IMG/VR virus record: IMGVR_UViG_3300050343_000230 | Span: 1 to 64,000 of that record | Origin: a virus | Strand: one strand, 5' to 3' | DNA: 64,000 nt | Shown: positions 56,455 through 64,000 of the stretch, piece by piece | How the letters are laid out: each line of letters starts with the position of its first letter | How positions within the stretch are numbered: the stretch's first letter is position 1 | The notes under the pieces: generated by a model | The model's input: only the letters and a program-made list of their open reading frames with translations | Databases searched by the model: none | What the model was told of the DNA's origin: nothing | Program-made: the position numbers and the translations under genes

Positions 56455-57101
56455 ATCAATAGTTTTCCTGCTGTCAGGTAGGAGAAACGTGCCTCTGGTA
56501 GGACAGAATTTGCTCCTGTGATCTTTTCTTTTACATTGGTGAAGTAATTTTCCTCTACTTCATCTTCAATAGCTGGTAGTTGTAGACCAGGTAAATCAAA
56601 AGTACACAGGAGATAACCTCCTTTCTTAACCATTGAGAACAAACGGCGTAATATTTGTACATGATTACCATTGACTTCTTCCAACGTCGAGACGTTAATG
56701 ACAAAATCAAATGCTTCCCACCAATCAGACGGTGGGTCTTCTAGCAAATTCCAGAGCGTAGTTCGTGGTAGATCAGATCGTTGGATGTCAGTATGAAGAG
56801 TTTCATATCCACGGCCATCTAATGCATCTTTGAATTCTTTGTGGCAAGTATAAGGGCCGCCTTCAAAGCCCCAGCTGGTGTTATGAACAGTAGAAGCTTT
56901 GCTATCTTTAGTCCGTGGTTTTGCTCCTAACTTTTCTAACGTTTGAAGTACCCATTCATATTCATATACACGAGACCATGCACCCCACTTGACATCTGAC
57001 GGATCATCTGTAGAAAAATTTCTAAATTCAAGAACATCAAAGTCCTCGATAGGCCCCGTCACAAGCTTACGTACTTTACGATTCGGCATGCACCGGCTCA
57101 A
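56445..57101 (-). CDS. Putative SAM-dependent methyltransferase
   Basis: WSRVYEY...FDFVINVSTLEEV...VKKGGYL..TFD. Confidence 0.6.
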   Translation of the reverse strand: MSRCMPNRKVRKLVTGPIEDFDVLEFRNFSTDDPSDVKWGAWSRVYEYEWVLQTLEKLGAKPRTKDSKASTVHNTSWGFEGGPYTCHKEFKDALDGRGYETLHTDIQRSDLPRTTLWNLLEDPPSDWWEAFDFVINVSTLEEVNGNHVQILRRLFSMVKKGGYLLCTFDLPGLQLPAIEDEVEENYFTNVKEKITGANSVLPEARFSYLTAGKLLIQR

Positions 57102-57103
57102 AA

Positions 57104-57751
57104 CTACGTTAAGTATAAGGATAAATACAGAGAATACATCTCTTTTACTTTTGGTTTGTTCAGCGGACCATCGTAAACATGGCTATGGAAATATTGATTC
57201 ATGAAGTCATAAGGCTCTAGTTCTAAGTTGATAGGTCTAAAGACAGACCCGATAGCAAGATCTGTATTGGCTTTACATGTCTTGTTGGTGGTAACAAGCA
57301 AAAGCTTACCGACTCTTGACGCTTCTTTTAAGTATTGAATGTTGTATGCAGTAGGCAGATGCTCTAATGTATGGCGGCATAAGATCAAATCAAATGCATT
57401 GTTAGCTTGATCCTCTAAAAAGGAAAGAGAATCTGTATGGACAAAGCGAGTATGACTATTGCCATAGGTGAAATTATTTCTGACTACAAGTTCTTCTACG
57501 ATGTCTAACCCTGTGTAGTCAGGCAGTCGTTCAGCTAATCTCTTCATCCAATTCCAGTCACCGCAAGAGGTATCAAGCATGCAGTTGACATTGAACTCAC
57601 TGACAATATCGGTGAAATTCTCTAGCAAAGAACCTGCATAACTCATGGTGCTGCCTTCACCACTGCGTGATTCGGCAGACCCCCAGAAATTAGAACGATA
57701 GATATCGGTGAATGTTTCTTCTAAAGCGTGACACTCTTTACTGTTTTCCAT
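57104..57751 (-). CDS. Class I SAM-dependent methyltransferase
   Basis: FTDIY..N.W...ES.SG.GS...LD..CGD.NWM...YTGLDIV...DLILCR..L.HL. Confidence 0.85.
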   Translation of the reverse strand: MENSKECHALEETFTDIYRSNFWGSAESRSGEGSTMSYAGSLLENFTDIVSEFNVNCMLDTSCGDWNWMKRLAERLPDYTGLDIVEELVVRNNFTYGNSHTRFVHTDSLSFLEDQANNAFDLILCRHTLEHLPTAYNIQYLKEASRVGKLLLVTTNKTCKANTDLAIGSVFRPINLELEPYDFMNQYFHSHVYDGPLNKPKVKEMYSLYLSLYLT

Positions 57752-58482
57752 CCACCAGAAATCGCATTCCTAACTACTTTATCTCGTTGCGAGAAAAATA
57801 GGGAATGTGATAACCAAGTATTGTTAGATGTTGCAACTGCGTCCGTACCCAGTTCAATCGCATGAATGCTACCCCACTTGTCTTCTTCACCTGGGGGATG
57901 TGGAGGACAGAAGGTTTGTACATTGCCATATTTTTGAGCACAGTAACTGAAGTGAATGTCTTCTCCGTTATCCCACGTGTAAGGCTTCTCCCTCCAAAGA
58001 TGAGATAAGCATTCACGATTAAAGAACCAAGCGTGTCCAACAAGATCAACACGTTCTGTTTCTTGATTTTGCCCAGGCCAACCAGAGCGTGTGTGGTTTT
58101 CATATCTAAAACTATTTAATGTGACACCAGCTGAACCAAGAATAGGAGTTTGATAACCTTCTTCTTCTAGCTTGCAGTAAGTACCGAGACAGTTCTCAAA
58201 CCATTCTGGCCCAGGAATCGTGTCATCATCAAACATTGCAATGTATTTAGTGTCAGCTAAGAGCGCCCCTGCGAATCGTCCGAAGAATTTGAAATTATAA
58301 CTACAGTCAATAACCCTGTCGATATCAAGATACTCAAGGCAAAGGTCACTGTTATCAGCATGCTCATTAACCCATACCCAAATTTCTTTCGGTGGGAATG
58401 TCTGGTTGCGCAGAGCCTCAATTTGTCTCGCTAGATTCTGAGGTCTGCGATACAGGTTAAGGATAACCGTTACGTCAAACAT
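57721..58482 (-). CDS. Glycosyltransferase family 2-like (GT-A)
   Basis: VTVIL..YRR...L..Q..AL..QT, FDDDTIPG, GEDI; start placed at MFDVTV. Confidence 0.82.
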   Translation of the reverse strand: MFDVTVILNLYRRPQNLARQIEALRNQTFPPKEIWVWVNEHADNSDLCLEYLDIDRVIDCSYNFKFFGRFAGALLADTKYIAMFDDDTIPGPEWFENCLGTYCKLEEEGYQTPILGSAGVTLNSFRYENHTRSGWPGQNQETERVDLVGHAWFFNRECLSHLWREKPYTWDNGEDIHFSYCAQKYGNVQTFCPPHPPGEEDKWGSIHAIELGTDAVATSNNTWLSHSLFFSQRDKVVRNAISGGWKTVKSVTL

Positions 58483-58516
58483 GGCCCACTTGTTTATTTC
58501 TGCACTATAGTTCAAT

Positions 58517-58612
58517 TGGCTTCATGTCGGAAGCCATTCAATTTAGTAAACAAACGTCTCCAAGGTTACGGTTTAAAAGGAAGAACCTAGGGCTTGATCA
58601 GCCCTTTTTTTT
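58517..58612 (+). ncRNA. Candidate small RNA or attenuator leader
   Basis: TATAGT at 58506-58511, 5' hairpin TGGCTTC-ATGTCG-GAAGCCA, 3' terminator; no annotated + strand gene ends here. Confidence 0.45.
58589..58612 (+). terminator. Rho-independent terminator
   Basis: AGGGCT-TGATC-AGCCCT followed by a T-run. Confidence 0.75.
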
Positions 58613-58641
58613 GTTATTATTTACAAAACATATAAATTTTT

Positions 58642-58893
58642 TTGGCAACTAGAGAAGCAAATCTTAGACATAGGTATGGCATTGGGGTCAAAGACTATGA
58701 TGCGATGTACAAAAAACAGAAAGGAAAGTGTGCAATTTGTGGCATCAAGAGGGATAAAAATCTAGATGTAGACCATTGTCATCACACAGGAAAGATTCGC
58801 GGCTTGCTTTGCAATTGCTGCAACCAAGCCTTAGGTTTATTAAACGATGATGAAAAAATTATTAAGAAAGCAGCTGAATATGTTACTTCTTAA
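58642..58893 (+). CDS. Recombination endonuclease VII domain protein
   Basis: YGI....Y..M...Q.GKCAICG....L.VDHCH.TG..RGLLC..CN..LG. Confidence 0.88.
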   Translation: MATREANLRHRYGIGVKDYDAMYKKQKGKCAICGIKRDKNLDVDHCHHTGKIRGLLCNCCNQALGLLNDDEKIIKKAAEYVTS

Positions 58894-59432
58894 TTGTTTC
58901 TTAGGGTTGCTTTGATTTGCCAAGCAGCGGTAAAGCAATCTTCAACAAGTTCTCCACAATAATTTTCAATATCAAAAGCATCCATCTTAGCTGCTATCTT
59001 GGCTACGTTTTTAGCACACATACCAAAAGCTTCTAAGTTCTCGTAGTAAGTTATAAGCATCGCAGTGCCTTCATATGCTTCGATATGACTGAATTTTTTA
59101 TAAGCTGCCATCAAGCCTTTACAACACATAGGCATCAAATAATCAAGAGAGCGGGTAAGTTCTCCGAGTCTATCCAATTGTTTTTGGTGTTTTTTATATT
59201 GTCCCTTAGTGAATTCATGTACACCAAAGAAATTACCACCTTCAAAATTCAAATGTACGAGGTGCGCTTGAAGCATCAAGTGGGCAGCATGGCTACTAAG
59301 TGTTATGAGTTCATTAGCCAAACGGCTTACGGGTTCTTTTTTACTCTTGGGCTGGGGCTCATTGGATACTGGCTTTTCTGGCTGCCGCTCTGTAGTTTGT
59401 TCCGGCTGTACCGGAGGAATGCCACTATACAT
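58890..59432 (-). CDS. dps: Dps/ferritin-like protein
   Basis: QAH..H.N.EG.NF..VHEF...QY......D.LGE..RSL matches the Dps signature region. Confidence 0.72.
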   Translation of the reverse strand: MYSGIPPVQPEQTTERQPEKPVSNEPQPKSKKEPVSRLANELITLSSHAAHLMLQAHLVHLNFEGGNFFGVHEFTKGQYKKHQKQLDRLGELTRSLDYLMPMCCKGLMAAYKKFSHIEAYEGTAMLITYYENLEAFGMCAKNVAKIAAKMDAFDIENYCGELVEDCFTAAWQIKATLRNN

Positions 59433-59514
59433 GAACCTTTGCTCGTGCTAATGATTTACATTCTAATAGAAAGACCGCTGGTAAACTAGATAAAAGCGAT
59501 ACTCAAGGCAGGCA

Positions 59515-60054
59515 ATGGCTAGTTCAAGAAAGAATTTATTAGATCGTTACGCTGAACTTGGTTTTAGACAAGGAGACACAAAAAATGTTGGTCTTGCTGT
59601 TCGTTTAGAAATTGAAGAACGAAAAGAACAGTATAACGAATTAAAAAAAGACATTGAAAAACTTCCTTCCGAAGACAACAGCTCTGTTGTTGATTGCAAT
59701 ACACCTTATTCTCTTGTAGTAGGCGAGCTTGACAGCAACGACTTACTTAAATCAAAAGGTAAAAATGTAGAAGCTACCCAAATTTTAGAGACTATTAGTC
59801 TTAGAGATAAGAAAGGAAACGACCTGGGCAATGTGAGGTTTGAATCAGGTAGCGGAATTGGAGTAGCCTTAAGCAATAGATATAAAGACACTATTTATAT
59901 CCATGGAGGACAACTTCAAAGCAACATCACAAAGAATTCTTCTGACATCAGCGCTAACTACACTGATTTGTTAGGTCAAATCAAAGACCTTCAACGTGAA
60001 GTTGAGGTGCTTAAAAACATTTTAAATGGTTCAAAGGCAACCAAGAAAAAATAA
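59515..60054 (+). CDS. Hypothetical protein with coiled coils
   Basis: 179-aa ORF. Confidence 0.65.
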   Translation: MASSRKNLLDRYAELGFRQGDTKNVGLAVRLEIEERKEQYNELKKDIEKLPSEDNSSVVDCNTPYSLVVGELDSNDLLKSKGKNVEATQILETISLRDKKGNDLGNVRFESGSGIGVALSNRYKDTIYIHGGQLQSNITKNSSDISANYTDLLGQIKDLQREVEVLKNILNGSKATKKK

Positions 60055-60064
60055 TGTGTAATGA

Positions 60065-60289
60065 ATGAACTTATCACAAAAAGAAAAAGTATTAATTAGC
60101 TTTCTAGGTATTATCTTTTCAGCCCAGATCATTCTCTATGGGATTGGTCTGGGTTTTTGCATGCGTAATGGTGGATTAAATGCATGTCCTGAAATCGGCA
60201 AAAGAGGAGAGATTATGTTTGCTGGAATGACTGCCACTGTATTAGCATTAATCACAAATATAGGTACTGGCGGCCGTACTCCAAAATGA
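60065..60289 (+). CDS. Small two-TM membrane protein
   Basis: Two hydrophobic helices joined by a Cys-containing loop. Confidence 0.65.
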   Translation: MNLSQKEKVLISFLGIIFSAQIILYGIGLGFCMRNGGLNACPEIGKRGEIMFAGMTATVLALITNIGTGGRTPK

Positions 60290-60459
60290 AAAACATGGAT
60301 GACGAAACCCTACACAACTGGCACAAAATAAAAACCCACCTTGAAAAGGTAGGTAAAACAGATAACATGTTTTATACACGTGCAGTAAGTATCACTGCAG
60401 CTAATGGTGACCCATTACCCCAAATCAATTGGCCGAGTTCCAGTGGTGAAATCAACTAA
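60286..60459 (+). CDS. Small cyanophage-type hypothetical protein (57 aa, not in ORF track)
   Basis: MKNMDDETLHNWHKIKTHLEKVGKTDNMFYTRAVSI...; ATGA coupling. Confidence 0.6.
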   Translation: MKNMDDETLHNWHKIKTHLEKVGKTDNMFYTRAVSITAANGDPLPQINWPSSSGEIN

Positions 60460-60762
60460 GTCATCAAGAGTTTTTATCTCTGCCTTATGCCAGTTTTGTT
60501 GAGCCTTAATTCCTTCAAGGAATGCTTTATAAATGTCTTCACCTGACAGACGTTTCTGTCCGAGGACATCATAAGGCTCTGTGTATTCACTAACAATCTC
60601 TTCAAAAGCATCGACACAGCGTCGGTACTGTAGATAGTGATTGTCAAGATCATCTAATGAACCAGCATGAGTTGTGTCATGAAGGTTTTCTCTTGACGCC
60701 TTGGTTACACCAGGCTCATCAAGTTCAGCAACAACAGGCTTTCCAAACGATTTAGTAGTCAT
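60415..60762 (-). CDS. Hypothetical protein
   Basis: Start placed at MTTKSF, coupled to the upstream stop. Confidence 0.6.
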   Translation of the reverse strand: MTTKSFGKPVVAELDEPGVTKASRENLHDTTHAGSLDDLDNHYLQYRRCVDAFEEIVSEYTEPYDVLGQKRLSGEDIYKAFLEGIKAQQNWHKAEIKTLDDLVDFTTGTRPIDLG

Positions 60763-61103
60763 CAATCGTGGAGAGTAGGTACAAATTCTTCTGTGCATCC
60801 ATCTTCTTTAGAACATGGTGAGACATCTTCCCTAGCATCAACACCAGTACCAATCAAGTTCGGATCCATTTTTTCAAGTTGCCTGAATGCTGCTTGATCA
60901 AGAAAGTCTTTGATTGCTCGTTGTTGTTCAAACCACATTTCTTTGCAGTAAGGACCAGCTTCCTTTAAACAAAACTCTTGCCAAAGCCCAGTGAACAAAC
61001 CATTAGTACGTCCTGAACGTTCATACATATGTTGCATGAATATAGTACGTTTGTTTTGTTCATTGATGTCCCAACCAACCATGTCTGGAGTGTCCATTGT
61101 CAT
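60762..61103 (-). CDS. Hypothetical protein
   Basis: 113 aa, Y..SGR.NG.FTGLW motif. Confidence 0.65.
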   Translation of the reverse strand: MTMDTPDMVGWDINEQNKRTIFMQHMYERSGRTNGLFTGLWQEFCLKEAGPYCKEMWFEQQRAIKDFLDQAAFRQLEKMDPNLIGTGVDAREDVSPCSKEDGCTEEFVPTLHD

Positions 61104-61109
61104 AAGAAT

Positions 61110-61310
61110 TTAGTTGAACTGATCTACTGATACTACCTTGCTAAAGAGACCGTGCACACTATCGCCACGAACATCAAACAATGCAGCGTGAATATCATCT
61201 TCTAAAGAGACAGCAAATTCCTCTGGTGTCTTGCCTTTAAAAGGATCGTATTCAACCTCAAATTCTAAAGTGTACTTAATAGAAAGTAGAGGCTTAGCTT
61301 CGATTTGCAC
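61110..61310 (-). CDS. Hypothetical protein
   Basis: 66 aa in operon. Confidence 0.55.
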   Translation of the reverse strand: MQIEAKPLLSIKYTLEFEVEYDPFKGKTPEEFAVSLEDDIHAALFDVRGDSVHGLFSKVVSVDQFN

Positions 61311-61337
61311 GGTGTTGTTGTAGATGCTTATACCTTA

Positions 61338-61610
61338 TCATTTATCCATTAATCTTTCCAGATTATTTACGGTGGATCCTTCGTATTGAGCAAGCTTGCT
61401 TTGGATGATGTTGGCATAAGACACAGCAGCTTCTACGATCTGCTCTGCATCAAGGCCTTGAGAAACCTGTGGGTTAGCAAGCAGGCCAGCTACGAGTGTA
61501 GTGACCTGCCATTCCATGCGTCCACCTAAGAACGCTGTTAAGGGCGTACCACCCTTGGTGAAGTTATCGAGGATGTAATAAATATGTTCCTCGTAATTCT
61601 TAGGGTCCAT
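61338..61610 (-). CDS. Hypothetical protein
   Basis: 90 aa with AAGGAG SD. Confidence 0.65.
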   Translation of the reverse strand: MDPKNYEEHIYYILDNFTKGGTPLTAFLGGRMEWQVTTLVAGLLANPQVSQGLDAEQIVEAAVSYANIIQSKLAQYEGSTVNNLERLMDK

Positions 61611-61633
61611 TGGTACAACTCCTTTTCTTTATC

Positions 61634-61921
61634 CTATTGCATGGAATACCAATAGGCATTGGATGCATTGGTGTGATACCGCTTCGCATTAATTAACTTA
61701 ATGCGGCGCTCATATAATGCATTGATCTTGTCCTCGTTATAAGGAACCTCTTCTCCTTTTTCTAGTTCGATCTCTGCCACCAAGACTTCCATTTGCATGT
61801 CGATGTCAGTCACCGCATGCTTATGGCATGTCATCTTTAGGTCAGCATCCTTTTCATTAGCTGGTGCATCAAGAGTTGCGTAGAAGTTTTTCTGTAACGA
61901 AGGATGAAATTTAGTCCACAT
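61634..61921 (-). CDS. Hypothetical protein
   Basis: Start placed at MWTKFHP to limit overlap. Confidence 0.55.
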   Translation of the reverse strand: MWTKFHPSLQKNFYATLDAPANEKDADLKMTCHKHAVTDIDMQMEVLVAEIELEKGEEVPYNEDKINALYERRIKLINAKRYHTNASNAYWYSMQ

Positions 61922-62570
61922 TTTGGTTGAGTTGTTTGTTGAGGATACGTTTGCGACTGATGCGGTACTTTTTGATGAGGCGTACTCCTGAGGGGAGTGG
62001 CTGACCATTTTCATGGGCTGCTCGGATTGCATCGGGATTCGGTACGTGCTTATGCTTGATTTTTTCATCTGACCAAAGGATGTCTTTGCCATTGTTTGAT
62101 CTAACGATAGTGGTCGTGGTGACCTCTTCGACCATAGCGTAGGCTTCTTTGTCTTCGTTGTCCCATTCTTCTACGGGTTTCGATACCTCTAGGGCCAATT
62201 CCGGTAGTGGACTAATGTTGAATTGGTAATTTTTACCTATCAACTTGTTATCTTCTATGCATCCCAGTTGATGCAAGCGTTCTAAGATGCCACGCAATCC
62301 TTTTACTTCTGCTTCATGATGCTTGATTGCAGCATCAAGAAGTTTTTTCTCTTCCTTACCAGTAGCAATTAATTGTTCGTGGTTGGTAAGAGCGTAATGA
62401 ATGCCATCCATCTTTTCAGAACGGATCCGTGCAACTTGCTCAAGCTCAGCCAGAACCAACTGCTTTGATTCAGGAGTGAGCAAAGGCAAGCTGTGCGACA
62501 GGCCAGCATAGTGCTTGTACAAGTCGAAGGTGTTGAGCTTGTTGAGATTAACAGCTGTGATTTGTGTCAT
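61911..62570 (-). CDS. Siphovirus gp157-like protein
   Basis: Coiled coil K.D.I......E...L, then K..P..DAIR.A..NG..LP.GV.L C-terminus. Confidence 0.6.
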   Translation of the reverse strand: MTQITAVNLNKLNTFDLYKHYAGLSHSLPLLTPESKQLVLAELEQVARIRSEKMDGIHYALTNHEQLIATGKEEKKLLDAAIKHHEAEVKGLRGILERLHQLGCIEDNKLIGKNYQFNISPLPELALEVSKPVEEWDNEDKEAYAMVEEVTTTTIVRSNNGKDILWSDEKIKHKHVPNPDAIRAAHENGQPLPSGVRLIKKYRISRKRILNKQLNQNVD

Positions 62571-62640
62571 CAGAATTGTGAAGTAATGTAGTTGATTGCC
62601 ATTGCCATACCGAAGGCAATAGCGCTTTGAAATACCTCGG

Positions 62641-63606
62641 TCAGGATGTTGGTGACTGCTGAGAAGAAGGCTGAGAACATGATTTGAATGCGTTAGAAAC
62701 TGAAAGTAATGCGGTGTGTGGGAAAGGAACAAAGCCTTGTTCAATCATGGCATCGAATAGATCCCATGCATGTGTTTCATCGAAACGTTCTTGTGATTTG
62801 TATACCCGCCAGTATTTCAGCGGAGCATTCTGACCATGTTTAGTGAAGATAATACTGAGACGGCCATGGGTTTGACCAATCTCTGGTGGTGCATAGTACC
62901 AAGCTGTAGCATTGTCTGCCATGTTGCCACGGCAGGATTCGATTAGTTCAGAGCGTTGTGATAGATGTGAACGATACTTGGCGAACCAAGTCATGTGTTT
63001 GCATGTGGGTTGATACCCAGGGATTTCTTCCTGTAGTTGTGGAAGCAATTGAACTTGACGTTGGAAAGAACCACAGTTGCAATAGGGCTTGGGTTCTTCA
63101 GGAGTCTCAGGTGTTTCATCAAGACCTGAACCTAAGATGTCCTTAGGATTAATCTCGGTCTTACCATCTGGTGAAATCAGATAGCCGAGATCGAATGCAC
63201 TCAAGGTGCTTTTGAGTTTTGTCTCGTCATGAATCATCGAGAACTTATTGGCCCAACGACGTTGAGCTACTGCTGAGACGAGTGCGGTACTACCTTGAGA
63301 CTGGTAATGCCAGCCTTTAAACAAGATGTAGCAATTGTTTCTCCAGATACTGGGTCCACGGAAATTTGGTCCGAGGTAAGAGAAGAAGTGCGGCAGTCGG
63401 GAGGTAAAGGTCTTGAAGGCATCGATGATTGGTCGTATGGCATACTCCTGGCTGGTGCCGTCAGTACGACACACAACAAGATCAGAACCCTTACGGAATA
63501 AGCCACTGATGTCGGTATCATCAAATTCAGCAAACGCTCTACGGATGTTTGCACGGGAATAGATAAGTGATTGAGCTTCATTTAGTGGACTTAGTTGTGT
63601 TTCCAT
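62641..63606 (-). CDS. SWIM Zn-finger protein
   Basis: YCNCGSF...TCKH motif; start placed at METQLS. Confidence 0.7.
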   Translation of the reverse strand: METQLSPLNEAQSLIYSRANIRRAFAEFDDTDISGLFRKGSDLVVCRTDGTSQEYAIRPIIDAFKTFTSRLPHFFSYLGPNFRGPSIWRNNCYILFKGWHYQSQGSTALVSAVAQRRWANKFSMIHDETKLKSTLSAFDLGYLISPDGKTEINPKDILGSGLDETPETPEEPKPYCNCGSFQRQVQLLPQLQEEIPGYQPTCKHMTWFAKYRSHLSQRSELIESCRGNMADNATAWYYAPPEIGQTHGRLSIIFTKHGQNAPLKYWRVYKSQERFDETHAWDLFDAMIEQGFVPFPHTALLSVSNAFKSCSQPSSQQSPTS

Positions 63607-63633
63607 TGATAAGATGAAATGAAATGATGTGGT

Positions 63634-63840
63634 GTGATGTTGAACTTTGAACAATCTCCAGAAGAGGAGTTTTGGAAGTTAAGAATGCATCGTGAAATAG
63701 AGAATACAGAATCAAAAGAGGAACTCCGCACGATCGCGAAGCTCCTCGTCAGCATAGCAGCAACTAGGCAGTGTGTGATCAAAGGTCTAGTACGTGATGC
63801 ACTAGACCATATGTCATCACAACATACTGTCAGCTCCTAG
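63634..63840 (+). CDS. nblA: NblA-like protein (second, divergent copy)
   Basis: QSPEEEFWKLRMHREIENTESKEELRTIAKLL....RQ.VIK.L resembles the two-helix pattern of marine/phage NblA. Confidence 0.55.
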   Translation: MMLNFEQSPEEEFWKLRMHREIENTESKEELRTIAKLLVSIAATRQCVIKGLVRDALDHMSSQHTVSS

Positions 63841-64000
63841 GTTGTCTCGTTGGTTGAGGACTTTGACTTCAACGGTTTCGTTAGGGTTCCCCCCTCTGGA
63901 CTCCGGAAGAATATTGACACCTTCCGCGATCCCATACGCACCATTGAGCCGACTAGCGTCTTGCTTCGAGTGCTGGTTGATGTAGTCGTTATACATCTCT
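63817..64000 (-). CDS. 3' end of a gene truncated by the window edge
   Basis: Open frame ...EMYNDYINQHSKQDASRLNGAYGIAEG...LGADSML* running off the window. Confidence 0.55.
   Translation of the reverse strand, partial: EMYNDYINQHSKQDASRLNGAYGIAEGVNILPESRGGNPNETVEVKVLNQRDNLGADSML

Noticed and set aside
58524-58652. 42-codon ORF starting in the loop of the candidate sRNA hairpin
   Set aside because: It runs through the terminator and T-tract, has no SD, and its ATG lies within a hairpin; non-coding interpretation preferred
61634-63654. Apparent long overlaps among 61634-62092, 61911-62744 and 62641-63654, also 34791-35342 and 49952-51271
   Set aside because: They largely disappear when downstream ATG starts are used; artefacts of longest-ORF calling
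1-64000. CRISPR array, tRNA or rRNA genes
   Set aside because: No regularly spaced repeat-spacer units or cloverleaf motifs seen by eye in the few intergenic gaps; a tRNAscan/Infernal run would be needed to exclude them fully

Overview
This window is a large part of a tailed dsDNA cyanophage genome. The cyanobacterial host is inferred from hli, two NblA-like genes, a CP12-like peptide and cyanobacterial-type DnaA boxes. About 0.8-31.8 kb (+ strand) is the virion module: Gly/Ala-rich putative internal or ejection proteins, many small Lys-rich proteins, terminase large subunit, portal, scaffold, major capsid protein, a lytic transglycosylase and a lysozyme. About 31.8-35.7 kb (mostly - strand) carries hli, a DUF3310-like gene, dcd, a Dam-like methylase and an HTH protein. 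About 36.3-46.5 kb is a five-gene tail fibre/spike array (three with self-cleaving chaperone domains) followed by a GH19 endolysin. About 46.7-64 kb holds a primase-SF3 helicase, a PD-(D/E)XK exonuclease, three glycosyltransferases, two SAM methyltransferases, endonuclease VII, a Dps-like gene and a gp157-like gene. I recognised no tail sheath, tube or tape-measure gene, so a short-tailed virion with ejection proteins is plausible; from memory the layout resembles S-EIV1-like cyanophages, which I could not verify. The most notable signals are: (1) a 626-nt dual-coding portal/scaffold overlap with evidence of selection; (2) an unexplained 182-bp palindrome with six iterons, between the primase-helicase operon and a catalytically degenerate HNH protein (candidate origin plus initiator); (3) three apparently dead but intact enzymes (integrase, methylase, HNH); (4) a host photosynthesis/carbon control set (two NblA, HliP, a tail-only CP12 missed by the ORF track, Dps); (5) a candidate ~95-nt sRNA or attenuator; (6) a recurring LAG[KR][YFL] motif in head-module proteins. 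All family calls come from motif recognition by eye; no database searches were run.
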